64,000 bases of DNA from Eledone cirrhosa (lineage: Eukaryota): contig OZ024741.1 in the NCBI GenBank assembly GCA_964016885.1, positions 329,902,001 to 329,966,000 of the forward strand, written 5' to 3'. Below, one piece after another: positions 25,631 through 39,512 of the stretch. Both the position numbers and the translations under genes were made by a program. The notes beneath the pieces are model-generated. The model worked only from the letters and a program-made list of their open reading frames with translations. It made no database searches and had not been told where the DNA came from. Numbering within the stretch: position 1 is the stretch's first letter; the number at the start of each line of letters is the position of its first letter.

Positions 25631-26775
25631 CCTCCCAGTTTTGGGGACCGGTGGTTCTGTTAGATCATCAGATAGGATGCCCTGTGGTATTTTTTACCGT
25701 ACTTTGTTTTCTGAGTTCAAACGCTACTGTTACCTACTTGGGTAGTAGACTTAATCTATTGTCTGCTTTAACACCTCTGTCCTTGGGTGCCTTTAACAGA
25801 GTCCACTTGGTTGCGAGTATTTGGGTCATGTTTCTGGTTTGAAGTAACCTTCCTTCCTCCTTTTCGGGATCCACTAAGGACTCCTAAAAGGATCGTAGGA
25901 ACTGTTTTTCCTCCTGACTAAACAAGAACTAAAAAAAGGGACATTGATGTTGTTGTCTGTTCCCTTATCAGTCCTTATTGAGCAGACTTATGATGTAAAG
26001 TATTCCAACCACGACTAACACGTCTTTCTCTCGAGCAGTGTATATCTAGGATTACATTATTCGATGTGCTCCTTCCTTTTTAATGTGTAATTTGAGAGAT
26101 TTGGCTGCTAATTGCTGCAGATAGAACGACTACGTAGAGGTTGCAGTTGTTATTGTTTAACCATAGATCAAACCTAATCCATGAGACATATCCTATAGAC
26201 AAAACGTGCTTGCCGTGACCATCCCATCTTTTTCTCCAAGATTCAGTGTATCCAGGAGGCACATTTAGCAATGCCTTCTTCTCTTATACAATGGGATGCG
26301 ATTCTGACAGTTTGGGCTGCTATTTCTTGCGCGGCCAACAACCACGTATAACTAAGTAAAACATATTCATAAATCCGCCTGCATATCTTTCAACCTAACT
26401 GATAATGATGATGATGATAGTGATGGAGGTGGCGGTGGTCTGCGTTTTATGTGAATGAAATTGAGTAGTTACAGAAGCAGACAATGAAAATTACTAATTG
26501 ATGGTGTAAATGAAGCAAGAGTTTAGAAAGGGTTTAACATCTGCATTTTGACAATTTCTTTCGTATTATCTAGTATGTATAGATTCTCAACAGTGAAAGT
26601 AAAAACAAAACAAAAAAAAAAACGAAAATAAAGTAATCGGACACGGATATTGGTGTTCTTGTACTTCTAAACGAATAGGTCCGATCTCTTCGTTTTAATC
26701 GTAGTTTAATTGAAATTAATAAGAGAAAGGAGATATAAAAATTATATAAATAAAAATATAAGTAAAATAAATAAA

Positions 26776-26880
26776 ACTTACCAAATATCGAAAATTTCCA
26801 ACGGATTTCACAATCTTAATTTCATAGCAATAACAAAGAAGGCGGTGAAAGCGGTGTAAATGTGTCTGACTATAAAAACT
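26776..26880 (-). promoter_or_regulatory. Candidate first (non-coding) exon and splice donor of the ZNF gene
   Basis: Minus strand TTG|GTAAGT donor at 26781 in unique sequence with locally more CpG. Inference only. Confidence 0.35.
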
Positions 26881-26936
26881 TCCCACCACTCTAAACTCTG
26901 GTCCGGAAATTCTGATTGCTTTAGAATTTTCTTTGA

Positions 26937-28454
<1,518 letters not shown>

Positions 28455-30275
28455 TACTACCCATACAGGAAACCAAACGACAACATGTACTACATCTACC
28501 GCCGCTCTAACCATCCTAGAAACATCACCAATAACCTGGTTAAAAACATCTCCCTCCGCATATCTCGTTTGTCCGCTAATGAGCAGATATTTGACGAACA
28601 CGCGCCTCATTACAACCAGGCCCTCAAACGGAGTGGCTTCCGGGAGGAAATATCCTTTTATCCAGCTTCCCTTAGCGGAACCAGAAGGCGACACCGCCGC
28701 TCACGCAACGTAACGTGGTTCAATCCTCCCCACAATGCCGAGGTGGCAACAGCTATCGGGAAAATCTTCTTTAGACTCCTCCAAAAACACTTCCCACTAC
28801 AACACCGCTACCACAACATAATCAACAAAAACGCTATCAAACTCTCCTACAGCACCACACCTAACTTCGCACAAAACATCGTCTCCTCAAACAATAAGAA
28901 ACTCAACCCCTATGGAAGAAATAACCTAGACATCAGTGGAGAGCCGACCAGGAGGTGTAACTGCTCTGATAGATCCACGTTCCCCCTCAACAACAAATGC
29001 CGAGAACGTAACGTGATCTACCAGTGCAACGTGAGGACGGACACTTCTAACAAAGCTTATATAGGATTAACCGCGTGTGACTTCAAGACCCGGCTCTACC
29101 AACACCGACACACTTTCCGAAACCCGGTTCAGCTACATGCCACTACACTTTCGGGCCACATCTGGGACCTCCAAAATAACAATATAACCGACAATCTCAT
29201 TTAGAGCTTACTGTTCAGAGCTAACTCTTACACGGGAGGACGCCGTCCGTGTAACTTATGCTCGGAGGAAACATTACAAATGTTGTTTTCGAAGGACCAA
29301 CTCCTAAACAAGAAAGATGAACTGGTAACTGCATGCAAACACATATTGCGTAGGACCTACCTCGCCCTCAAACACTATAACGACCCGGGTGGGTAGACAA
29401 GGGCTGATACCCCCCCCCCCCCCACACACACACACTTGCCGAATAAGTTAGGGGAAACCCCAGCTTACATAGGTAAATGTATCTCTTTTCTTTTCCTCTG
29501 TCTCCTTCTTCCCCCTGTCTCATCCTATCACTTCCTTCCACCCCCTATTTTCTTCCTTGTCTGCTTTCCCCTTTCGCCTACCCCGATGCAGCCCATCGGG
29601 CCTTGTAGCATCAGTTCCCCCACCCCTGTTATTTTAAGATAGAATTGGCCGAATACGTTTTACTAACTACTTATAGCAGATGTGTTAAAAACCCCTTTAA
29701 GTTTGTATCTATTTTGTAATTTCTATAAGTTTTTTCTATTCTCAAGTTATTAACCTGTAATTGTAAGATAGCATTGTGATTTCTTTATTCTTTTTTCACT
29801 ATCTAATTTTTTTTTCTTTCTTTCTAGTATCTTTTATTGTCTCCTACTCTCTTTCGATTTACCTATTCTATAACCTCCCTCCCCCACTTCACACACTATC
29901 CTTAGAATCTGATATATACATATAACTTTCAATGCTTGACCGTTCCACTCACTCCCCTATTGTTCTACAGGCGAGTTCAGCCACCCCTACCACTCACCAA
30001 ATGCCATGATAGACTTATTTGTGTTTACAACAAATTTTAACCAATCCTCTTGACAACTAGAATCTTCCCATATAAGGAAGTACCCCCTTGAAAAGTTCGG
30101 CTATTTATTCACCAGGCTAAAAATTCTAATTTAGTCCAGAAATAGCCGTCGAAACGGCTTGAGCTCTGCCGTCGGGGCCATACTTTTTCCTATTTCCAAC
30201 TCTACTACCCTAAGTATTGAGTACTCTGGTGCGTTATGGTCCATTTGGTTCCTTACCACAATTCCTTTGTTATAT
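28455..30275 (+). mobile_element. Penelope-like element (WFNPP-type): RT thumb + GIY-YIG + 3' pLTR and tail
   Basis: ORF 28431-29204 has PYRKPN..YI..SNHP, WFNPP, IKLSYS, CNC..C, VIYQC..AYIGLT..FKTR, then CNLCSEE..LLNKKDEL. Hammerhead at 30082-30178. Confidence 0.92.
30082..30178 (+). ncRNA. Type I hammerhead ribozyme, U3:A8 core variant
   Basis: CCCC-TTGAAAA-G..CGGCTATTT..AAATAGCCG.C-GAAA-CGGC ttgagctct GCCG-TC|GGGG. All three stems pair; GUC cleavage triplet. Confidence 0.75.
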
Positions 30276-30792
30276 ATATATATACACAGTTCAAGAGTAA
30301 CCAATCTTAAAGAGAGAGATGGAGATAGGAGAGGAGAGATTGGTGAATTAGTTAGAAGCCAAAGCGTAAAGGCATGTGCTCAATGTGCAATATGCAGTAA
30401 AAAGCAGCTAAGTAGCTGGGTTTATGCAGAAGTTAGGTAGCTAATAATTTAAATAGCTATAACTAACTTAGATAATTATAAGTTACCTCCCCTACATTGT
30501 CTCTCAATTAAAACATTAAAAAATTAGCACTTAACTATAAACTACCCACAATTTCTAATCTCTCGAGGAGTTACTTCTCCTGAAACCACCCTCTAATTAG
30601 TAGGGTAAATATGTCCTTTGGCTGCCATCTTGTTACCCATAGACAGATCTCACACAGTGCAGCCTTGACAGATGAATACTGCTTGATTATGGCTGACAAC
30701 TGATACAACCAGGACATCATAGTGAAATACCAATATATGGAACATTACATTATGTAACATTCTCTCCTTATTTTAATTTATATTCCTTTGAA

Positions 30793-30911
30793 GTTCCGAT
30801 GAGCTGCTCTGTTTTTAAATATGTTAATTATTTTCAACTGAACCAGATCAATAATGATATATAGTCATCTAATCCAGAAATATTATATGGAGTAGCGAAA
30901 CAATTGTAAAC
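30793..30911 (+). ncRNA. Hammerhead-like fold with long stem II loop (U4C core change)
   Basis: GTT-CCGATGA-GCTGCTC..80 nt..GAGTAGC-GAAA-CAATTG-TA|AAC. Confidence 0.55.
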
Positions 30912-31077
30912 GGACATTATTATTATTAATATTATTCTTATTATTCTCTACATTCCTTACATCAAACTAAAATATATTGACAATCTTTTAATAATGTCTT
31001 CCTTGTGAAATTTGTGGTCTTGTTTTGCTTAACTAATGAATAAATAAATATATATATATATATAATATATATATATA

Positions 31078-33913
31078 TGGTCACGTTGGACAACATTGTG
31101 ACGGCTATGACGGAATCTATGGAGGCTATGGGTTTGGTACTAGAAATGAGGAAGGCTCCAGAATCCTGGAATTCTGTGATGCAAATAACCTAACTATCTG
31201 TAACACTAACTTCAAAAAACGAGACAATCACTTGATCACCTATAGATCAGGGGAACACGCCAGTCAGATAGATTATACCAGAAGACGTGATAGAGTGTCT
31301 GTTCTAAACACTAAATCCCTCCCCTATGAAGAATGCACCTCCCAACATAGACTCATAGTCAGCGACCTCATAGTCAGGACAAGACGTACTCGACAACAGA
31401 GGAGGACTATCCTCAGGAGAAAAATATGGAAGCTAAAGGACCCCACAGCCAGTAATAAATTTAAAAGCATATTACTTGATGCTTTCGACAGTAAAGAAGA
31501 GCAATTAGAGTCGTACAATATAGAGGAACAGTGAGAATTCCTGAAAGCTAACCTGCTGAAGGCGGCAGATGAAGTCTGTGGCTGGAGCAGGCCTATAGGC
31601 AAGAGGAGAGTAACGTGGTGGTGGAACAGTAAGGTGGAGGAGTCAATTAAGGCCAAAAAGCAGGCTTGGAAAGTATGGCGGGATGGGGGAAGTAGAGAAG
31701 ACTATCAAGTGGCCAGGAGGGAAACTAGGAGATAAGTGTACTTCGCAAGAAGGGAAGCAGAGGAAAGAAAGTTCAAGCATGTTCTACAACGCGAGGACCA
31801 AAAACATGAGGTGTTCAGGATTGCTAGACAATATGTCAAGGAAAACCGTGATATTGTCGGGGAGAAGTGTGTCCTTAATGATGATGGCGTACCTGCCATC
31901 ACTGACGCTGATAAGAAGGTAGCTTGGAAGTGTCACTACGAAAGGCTACTAAATGAGGAGAATAAATGGGAGAAAGACAGTCTCCCCCACATCGATCCAA
32001 TAGAGGGATCAGCAGTGCTAGTTGAAGGTAGTATAATAAGTAAGGCAATCAAAGATATGAAGACGGGTAAGGCGGCTGGGCCTTCGGAAATAGTTGCTGA
32101 AATGCTGAAAGCATCTGGAACGGTGGGACACGCTATGGTCACCCGGATAGTAAACCAAGTCATACAGAATGGGGCCGTTCCGAAGGATTGGCGTAGCAGC
32201 ATCATCATTAACTGCTACAAGGGTAAAGGAGATGCCCTAGATAGGTGTAACTATAGAGGCATTAAATTAATCGACCAGGTCATGAAGGTCACAGAAAAAG
32301 TAATAGCGCAACTAATCAGAGAACGAATTGCTCTAGATGAAATGCGGTTCGGGTTTGTGTCAGGTAAAAGTACCACAGACGCTCTTTTCATTGTACGACA
32401 ACTACAGGAGAAGTACCTAGCTAAAAGTAAGCCCCTATACTTAGCTTTTGTTGACTTGGAGAAAGCCTTTGAGTTTAGCGTAAAAGTTGGTGTTCATCAG
32501 GGCTCCGTTCTTAGCCCCCTCCTATTTATTATTGCCCTTCAAGCTATAACAGAGGAGTTCAAGACCGGCTGCCCATGGGAACTCCTATATGCAGATGATC
32601 TAACGCTCATAGCTGAATCAATGGCTGAACTAGAGAAGAAATTCCAAACATGGAAGCATGGCCTAGAATCAAAAGGCCTTAAAGTTAACTTGTCTAAGAC
32701 TAAAGTTCTAGTTTGTAGGAAGGAAAATAGGGCACCGGTCCCATCTGGGAAATGGCCATGCTCAGTGTGTAGGAAAGGAGTAGGCAGAAACTCCCTTTTA
32801 TGTCCCAAATGCAAAGTATGGGTGCATAAAAGATGCTAACTAAGAATATAGATTTTATATGTGGCCGGTGCTCTGGTGCAATAAGTAGCAGCAAGTGCCC
32901 ACAGAATACTAGCTCATTCCATTGCACAGATGGTTCTATAGAAATAGTGGACACCTTCCGTTACCTGGGTGACAAAATCAGCAGTGGGGGAGGGTGCTCT
33001 GAAAGTACAGTAGCTAGAGTCAGAACGGGATGGAAAAAGTTCAGAGAGCTTATACCACTATTGGCCGCTAAAGGGTTCTCTCTAAAAAATGAAAGGCAGG
33101 CTGTATGATGCCTGCATACGAACAGCAATGTTACATGGCAGTGAGACATGGGCATTGTGTCCAGGGGATATATGCAGACTGGAGAGAAACGAAGCTTGCA
33201 TGCTCCGCTGGATGTGTAATAGTAATATACATGAACGGCAAAGCATAAACGAACTAAGGGAGGAATTAGGAATAAGAGGGATCAGATGTTGTTTACTCGA
33301 GAGAAGACTACGTTGGTATGGTCACGTGATGCACATGAAAGACGACAGCTGTATAAAAAAGTGCAGGGCGATAAAAATAGACGGTAGCCACGGAGTAGGC
33401 AGACCCAGAAAAACCTGGGACGACTTGATAAATTGCGACCTCACACACTTACACCTCTCCAAGACAATGTCACTGGACCGAGATCTTTGGCGCTACACAG
33501 TTATACAGAAGACCCGCCTTGCCTAAGTACAAAGCGAAACCTACAGTCAGTAGGCACCTCTAACAAAAATACACCCCGTCTCACTACCCCCACCCCATCC
33601 ACCCCACCCCCTTAAATGTGAAGTTATGTTGGTACCACAACATCCAGTCCGAAACAAATGAGGTCGTGTAGGTGTCACGACCAAAAAAACACACAGTCCA
33701 CGCTGTAATATGGCCGTGTAGGTAACACGGTAAAAACCTCCCAGTCCACACTGTAAACGTGGTTGGTGTTAGGAAGGGCATCCATCCGTAGAAAACCCGC
33801 CAGACAGTCCTATACGAGCAGGACAACCAATCTTGCCTGAAGCGGGAAAACTCCCGTCCAAACCCATGCAAGCGTGGAAGATGGACGTTAAACGTTAATG
33901 ATGATGATGATGA

Positions 33914-33917
<4 letters not shown>
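31078..33917 (+). mobile_element. RTE-clade LINE (subfamily A): APE end + RT + 3' UTR
   Basis: SQIDY, QHRL, TWWWN, NYRGIKL, GVHQGS and YADD motifs, PHD insert, (GAT)n tail; internal deletion at about 32470. Confidence 0.94.
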
Positions 33918-33983
<66 letters not shown>

Positions 33984-33985
<2 letters not shown>

Positions 33986-34104
33986 CGAAGGAAATGTGGT
34001 AAGGAACCAGGTGGACCATAACGCACCAAAGTACTCAATACTTTAGTCCAGAATTAGCCGTCGAAACGGCTTGAGCTCAGCCGTCGGGGTCTTACTGGTT
34101 CCTA
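33984..34104. mobile_element. Collapsed PLE pLTR remnant (inverted tail + hammerhead 3' half)
   Basis: 33984-34043 is the reverse complement of 30213-30272; 34044-34092 matches 30131-30178; (TA)n on both sides. A similar unit lies at 41402-41538. Confidence 0.8.
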
Positions 34105-34126
34105 TATATATATATATATATATAAT

Positions 34127-34205
<79 letters not shown>

Positions 34206-34209
<4 letters not shown>

Positions 34210-34485
34210 CAATGATATTAAATGAATGGAAACTATATTTATAAAACCATATTTATTTTATTATATATATTTCAAGGGCAACCAAGACGACATTAGTACG
34301 CTTTCATCAGATAAAATACAAAGTTTGTTTTATAAATAGAGACGTACCCATGTCTTTATTTATAAAACAAACTTTGTATTTTATCTGATGAAAGCGTACC
34401 AATGTTGTCTTGGTTGCCCTTGAAATATATATAATAAAATAAATTTGGTTTTATAAATATAGTTTCCATTCATTTAATATCATTG

Positions 34486-34489
<4 letters not shown>
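34206..34489. repeat. Near-perfect palindrome (~139-bp arms, 6-nt loop) with a hammerhead in each arm
   Basis: The arms are reverse complements around TACCCA (34345-34350); flanked by (TA)n. Confidence 0.95.
34378..34440 (+). ncRNA. Type I hammerhead ribozyme (mirror copy at 34255-34317, minus)
   Basis: ATTTTAT-CTGATGA-AAGCGTACCAA tgttgtc TTGGTTGCCCTT-GAAA-TATATA-TA|ATAAAAT. Confidence 0.75.
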
Positions 34490-34563
<74 letters not shown>

Positions 34564-34839
34564 TTTTATTTGTTTTGCAAGATTTCTTATCTGAAAATGT
34601 GTGTTGAAACAGATATTGTTATACTTTGGGAGGGTCATGCTGCCAATAAAAACACACGCACCTACTGATTTTCACTTCAATTTATTATAAATTTCCGGCT
34701 GGTTGGTTGTTTGTTTATATATTGTCAAAGCTCTTTCGTCACACATTCTGTGACCTCCTCAGTGACTAGTGTTTTATTTTGTGTCTCTCCTTTGTTCTGT
34801 CCTATGCCATCTTGTTTTTTGTGTGTTGTGTGTTGTGTG

Positions 34840-35506
34840 TGTAGAAGATAAATATTATACTTTGGTGGGTGTTTGATGAAAAGAATAATGCCATGATTGT
34901 GATGTTGACAATGTTTATTTTACAATAACAATATGTGACAGAATTTATCGCTATATTAATTACTGGCTAGCAACTTCTAGCTAGCGTCTAGGCATGTATC
35001 AATATGACGATATAACAGTGAGATGGAAGAATAGATGAAGCGTAAAATGTAAACAATATGAACTTCCTATGTGCGTGTGTGTATGTCTATTCTTAGAATA
35101 CATTATTCGTCTCAAGGACTGCTGCTTCATGTCTGGCTGTGTCTGTGGCCAAGAAGGTGGAAGGCAATAAGGCCAGGAGAGGGAGATAGAGTGAAAGGTC
35201 TGCTACATCGTTAACCTTAACATGGACTGCTTGCTTCGGTCTCTCTGGCTGTTAGATTTTCCAAGTCCTTGTATTTATAATAACCCTATAGTTAGAAGGA
35301 TGTGTATATGGGTTGATTTATGGGCAGCCATCTGTGTTTCCTCCGTCTACAAGCTGGGGTCACAGGTCAAGTGGTATGTACGTTTATCATGCTAGTTTCT
35401 TGACAGAACAATGGTGGGAACCTTCCAATAACGGATGGTCCCAGAGGCGACAAACCTCAGATTCGGTTTCAAATCTTCGTCGGTAAAACAGGAGTATTCC
35501 GTTATA
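34840..35506 (-). mobile_element. Solo LTR (Gypsy-like), TSD TGTG
   Basis: Termini TGTAG..CCGTTATA with flanking TGTG/TGTG; TATAAATA and AATAAA on the minus strand; homologous to 57047-57711. Confidence 0.8.
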
Positions 35507-36040
35507 TGTGCTTAGGTGTTTGTCTTTTTTTAAATTCATTTATTTATGTGTTTGTTTACTTGTCACTAGTTGGTTGTTTGTTCTATCTGTGTGTCTGATT
35601 TGTTTTTTGTGTGTCTGTATGTCTTCATTTTGCCCTTAATTGCTAGTTGTGATGTTGATATTCCACTCATGTTTTCTGTTTAATTTTGGTTGGAGTTCAT
35701 TTATGTTTGTCGCCTCTGTGATTTATCTGAGCATTGCGATATAATTTTTATCTCTATGTTCTCTAATATCACTTATCCTTTCTCCTATGCTATGGGCTGT
35801 TTCACCTACGTATGTTATGTTCTTATTCCTACACTGTCTCTCAGTACATCTTATGTTATATACTTCATTCCTAGATTTGCAGTTAGTTTGCGGGCTTAGC
35901 TTGCAGACTATGCATTTCCTATCAGTGCAGGGGGTTCTTCCAATTAGTAAAACATACCCATTTCAAAGAACTAAGCACACAACACACAAAAATAAGATGG
36001 TGTTGAACAAAACAAAGGAGCGACAAAAAATAAAAACCTA

Positions 36041-36083
36041 GTCACTGAGGAGGTCACAGGATGTGTGACGAAAGAGCTTTGAT
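36041..36083 (+). ncRNA. Minimal type I hammerhead ribozyme (mirror copy at 34724-34766, minus)
   Basis: GTCA-CTGAGGA-g-GTCAC..GTGAC-GAAA-GAGC-TT|TGA(C/T). Confidence 0.75.
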
Positions 36084-36221
36084 AATATATAAACAACCAT
36101 CCGGTTATCAAACCAACCAACTCGAAATTTATAATAAATTGAAGCGAAAACCAGCAGGTGCGTGTTTTTATTGCCAGCATGACCCTCCCAAAGTATAACA
36201 ATATATATATATATACACACA

Positions 36222-36484
36222 CTGATGTGTTGTTTCCTTGAGCAAGACACTTTATTTCACATTGCTCCAGTTTACTCAGCTGTAGAATGAGATGATAGGG
36301 ACTGGGGTCCCTATCATTCCACTGTAAAGTGGTCGTGGAGGTGCCATGGCAAAAAAGCACCCAGCACTCACTGTAAATGAGGTTGGTGTTAGGAAAGGCA
36401 TCCAGCTGTAGAAATTAAGCCAGCATCAGTTCCCGTCCCACCCTTGCAAGCAGGGAAAAGCGGACGTAAAATGATGATGATGAT
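36222..36484 (+). mobile_element. 5'-truncated SINE with RTE-derived 3' end
   Basis: Matches 54873-55175; ends CCCACCCTTGCAAGCAGGGAAAAGCGGACGTAAA followed by (ATG)n. Confidence 0.85.
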
Positions 36485-36535
36485 ATACATATATATATAT
36501 ATACATATACATATATATATATACACATATATATA

Positions 36536-39125
36536 GGAAACAAGTCAGGACCCCGACGGCAGAGCTAAAGCCGTTTCGACGGCTATTTTTGGACTAAATT
36601 AAATTTTTAGCGTGGTGTTGATATAGCTGAAATCTTCAAGGAGTAATTCCATATATGGGCATGCGATAGTGAGGCATTTCTGAAGGTTGTAGTTATCAAA
36701 AGGAGTGGTCGAAATTCTTTGTAAACACAGTTCAATTTTTCATGTCGGCGTGTAAGGGGTGGGGGTGTGGCTGAACTTGCCTGTAGAACAAAGGGAGTGG
36801 GCGAAGCCGGTCAAGCGTTAAAAGTAAATTCTATACAGCAAATTCTAAAGAGTGTGGATAAAGTAGGCTAGCTAAAAAGCAAGCGAAAATAGAATTATAC
36901 AGGAATCTGAAAGATGGGAAATTATAAAATTAAAGAACAAGCGTCTAAAACAAGAAAACTGGGATTAATAAAATACACCTAAATCAGTACCCCGGGGCTT
37001 CATCTCATAATGGTAAAATATCAATAAGGATGCACACCCCCACCCCCACCCCCTAAAAAAGGAAACAGCTGCTATATTTTTAGCTGGTGTTGTATTTTCA
37101 GCCAATGCTATACAGATTTCACGGAAGTGGGGGTACTGAGGCTACAAAAATCCAATGGGCTGCCTCAGGGTAAGCAAAAGAGGAAAAAGGAAAAGGAAGA
37201 GGAGAAGGAGTAAAAGGAAAAAAAAAAAGTATTACATCTACCTATGTATGTTGGAATTTCCCCTATCTTGTTCGGCAAGTGGGGAAAAGAAAGATGTTAC
37301 AGCCATTGTCTACCCACTTGGGTCGTGAGGGGGTTTGAAGGCGAGGTAAGTCCTATACAATCGGTGTTTACATGCGGTTACAAGTTCGTCTTTTTTGTTT
37401 AGGAGTTGGTCCTTCATAAACAGCATTTGTATCATTTCCTCCGAGCATAAGTTACACGGACAGCGTCCTCCCGAGTAGGAGTTAGCCCTGGAAAGTAAGC
37501 TCCAACTAAGATGGTATGTGATGTTATTATCTTGGAGGTCCCAGATGTGGCCTGAAAGTGTAGTGGCATGTCGGCGGGTCAGGTTTCTGAATGTATGTCA
37601 GTGTTGGTAGAGCCGGGTCTTAAAGTCACAGGCGGTTAATCCTACATAGGCTTTGTTGGAGTTTTCCGTCCTGACATTGCATTGGTAGATTACGTTACGT
37701 TCTCAGCATCTGTTGTTGACGCGGCATGTTGATCTATCAGGGCAGTTACACCTCCTGGTCAGCTCTCCACTAATGTCTAGGTTGTTTCTTCCGTTAAAGT
37801 TGAGTTTCTTATTGTTTGAAGAGGCAATGTTTTGTGCGAAGTTGGGTGTGGTGCTGTAGGAGAGTTTGATAGTGTTTTTGTTGATTATGTTGTGATAGTG
37901 GTGTTGTGGTGGGAAGTGTTTTTTGAGGAGACTAAAGAAGATTTTCCCGATTGGTGTTGCAACCTTGGCATTGTGGGGAGGGTTGAACCACGTTACGTGG
38001 TGTGAGCGGTGGCGTCGTCTGCTGGATCCGCTAGGGGAGCCTGGGTAAAATGAGATTTCCTCCCAGAAGCCGCTTCGCTTGAGGGCCTGGTGTAATATGG
38101 CGCATGATCGTCGAATATCTGTTCATTAGTGGACAAGCGAGATATGCGGAGAGAGATGTTTTTTACCAGGTTATTGGTGATGTTTCTAGGATGGTTAGAG
38201 TGGCGGTGGATGTAGTGTAGGTTGTTGTTAGGTTTCCTGTATGAGTAGTACAGATCATTTTCGAGGTTGAGGGTAACATCCAGGAAATTGACTCAGGTTA
38301 GGGATTCTGTAGGGTGATTTTAAAACCCCAGTCCCGGAAGAAGTTGATTAGGTGTTTACGGATCCGGTCCATACTACTGGGGTTGTACCCTTTGAGAGTA
38401 AGAAGCCCATCATTTCGGTACAATCTACTGCCGAATGCAGGAAACATTTCAGTGAATTTATGTAGTAAAAATAATCCTATAAGATCGGTCACCTCCGCCG
38501 AGTCGGTCGCCCCCATACTGACATCGAAGGGAGAGTCGGGAGCTCTCTTTATCCAATTAGAATTATCGAAGAGGAGAACTGTCTTACTGATGTGGAAAAT
38601 GATGTTTCTTTCCTAGTCGGTGATGGGTATAAGTGTTTTGGCAAAGTCCAAATCGGCTGTAAGGAGCGGTAGGGTAATAGAGGCGTAATACCTCTCTATG
38701 TCGAACTGGATGAATTTGGTGTCCCGTTTATCTTCAATATTCCTGAACCATGAGATGGCTTCCTGGGTGCTGACCCAAAGGCTAAGTCTCGTGTTTTGTT
38801 TGACTTTTGGTATAACGCGGTGTAGGATCTTTTTGCTGATCTTTCCTATATCCGACTTCGTCGGGTTTATAAGCCCGATGGATGGTTTGCAGTCGAAGTC
38901 AGATTGTGGTCCTTCAGGGTGAAGTAGGAAATCCGTGGGTCGAGAGGTTCAGTATGGTCAGCAACACCGAGGCTGGAGGTAATTTGTTGTCCATCTAGAT
39001 TTATGTTGTAGATTATAGAGTGGTTTGCCTTTTTGTCGGTGGAGTTCAGGCTGCTCCTGATAAGTGTGTGGTATCTGTCAGGATTGACAAAATAGAGGTT
39101 TCCAGTTTTGTACGAATGCACCATG
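36536..39125 (-). mobile_element. Penelope-like element (WFNPP-type): RT + GIY-YIG + pLTR, diverged copy
   Basis: Minus strand has FTLKDH, IQFDIERYY, FDVSMGATDSAEVTDLIG, LYRNDGL, FLDVTL and WFNPP; hammerhead at 36550-36644. Confidence 0.9.
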
Positions 39126-39346
39126 ATTCATATTCAATTATAATATACGGCTCAGAAAAATCTCTTTCCTAGAGCTATTTTGAGTTTCTAACTCAATATA
39201 TACCTTTGATATATATATCATCATCATCATTTTACGTCCGATTTTCCCTGCTTGCAAGGGTGTATATATATATACATATATATATATGTATGTATGTATA
39301 CGTATGTAGTTGACTGCCGAGAGAAAAGAATACTCAATACCGAAGT

Positions 39347-39512
39347 AGAGTTTAAATATTCATTTTATTAACGCTAAATAGTGAGTCTTGGAATTCTGAA
39401 ATTTTGCCTACTTCTCACGGGGTCCATGTGAAAAACTGGCGAAACTCCAGAGTACCAAGACTCACTATTTAGACTTAATAAATCAAATATATATATATAT
39501 TAAATCGACTCT
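39347..39512. repeat. Imperfect fold-back containing a hammerhead 3' half
   Basis: CTAAATAGTGAGTCTTGG / CCAAGACTCACTATTTAG arms; right arm GAAA-CTC ca GAG-TA|CCAAG. Confidence 0.85.

Larger units (their letters stand above)
34612..36205. mobile_element. Naiad-like PLE 3' end (minus, 35900->34612) with inverted pLTR (plus, 35965-36205)
   Basis: Minus strand encodes ITEATNINELQPKLNRKHEW, like the end of the element at 1-1972. Hammerheads at 34724-34766 (minus) and 36041-36083 (plus). Confidence 0.8.
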
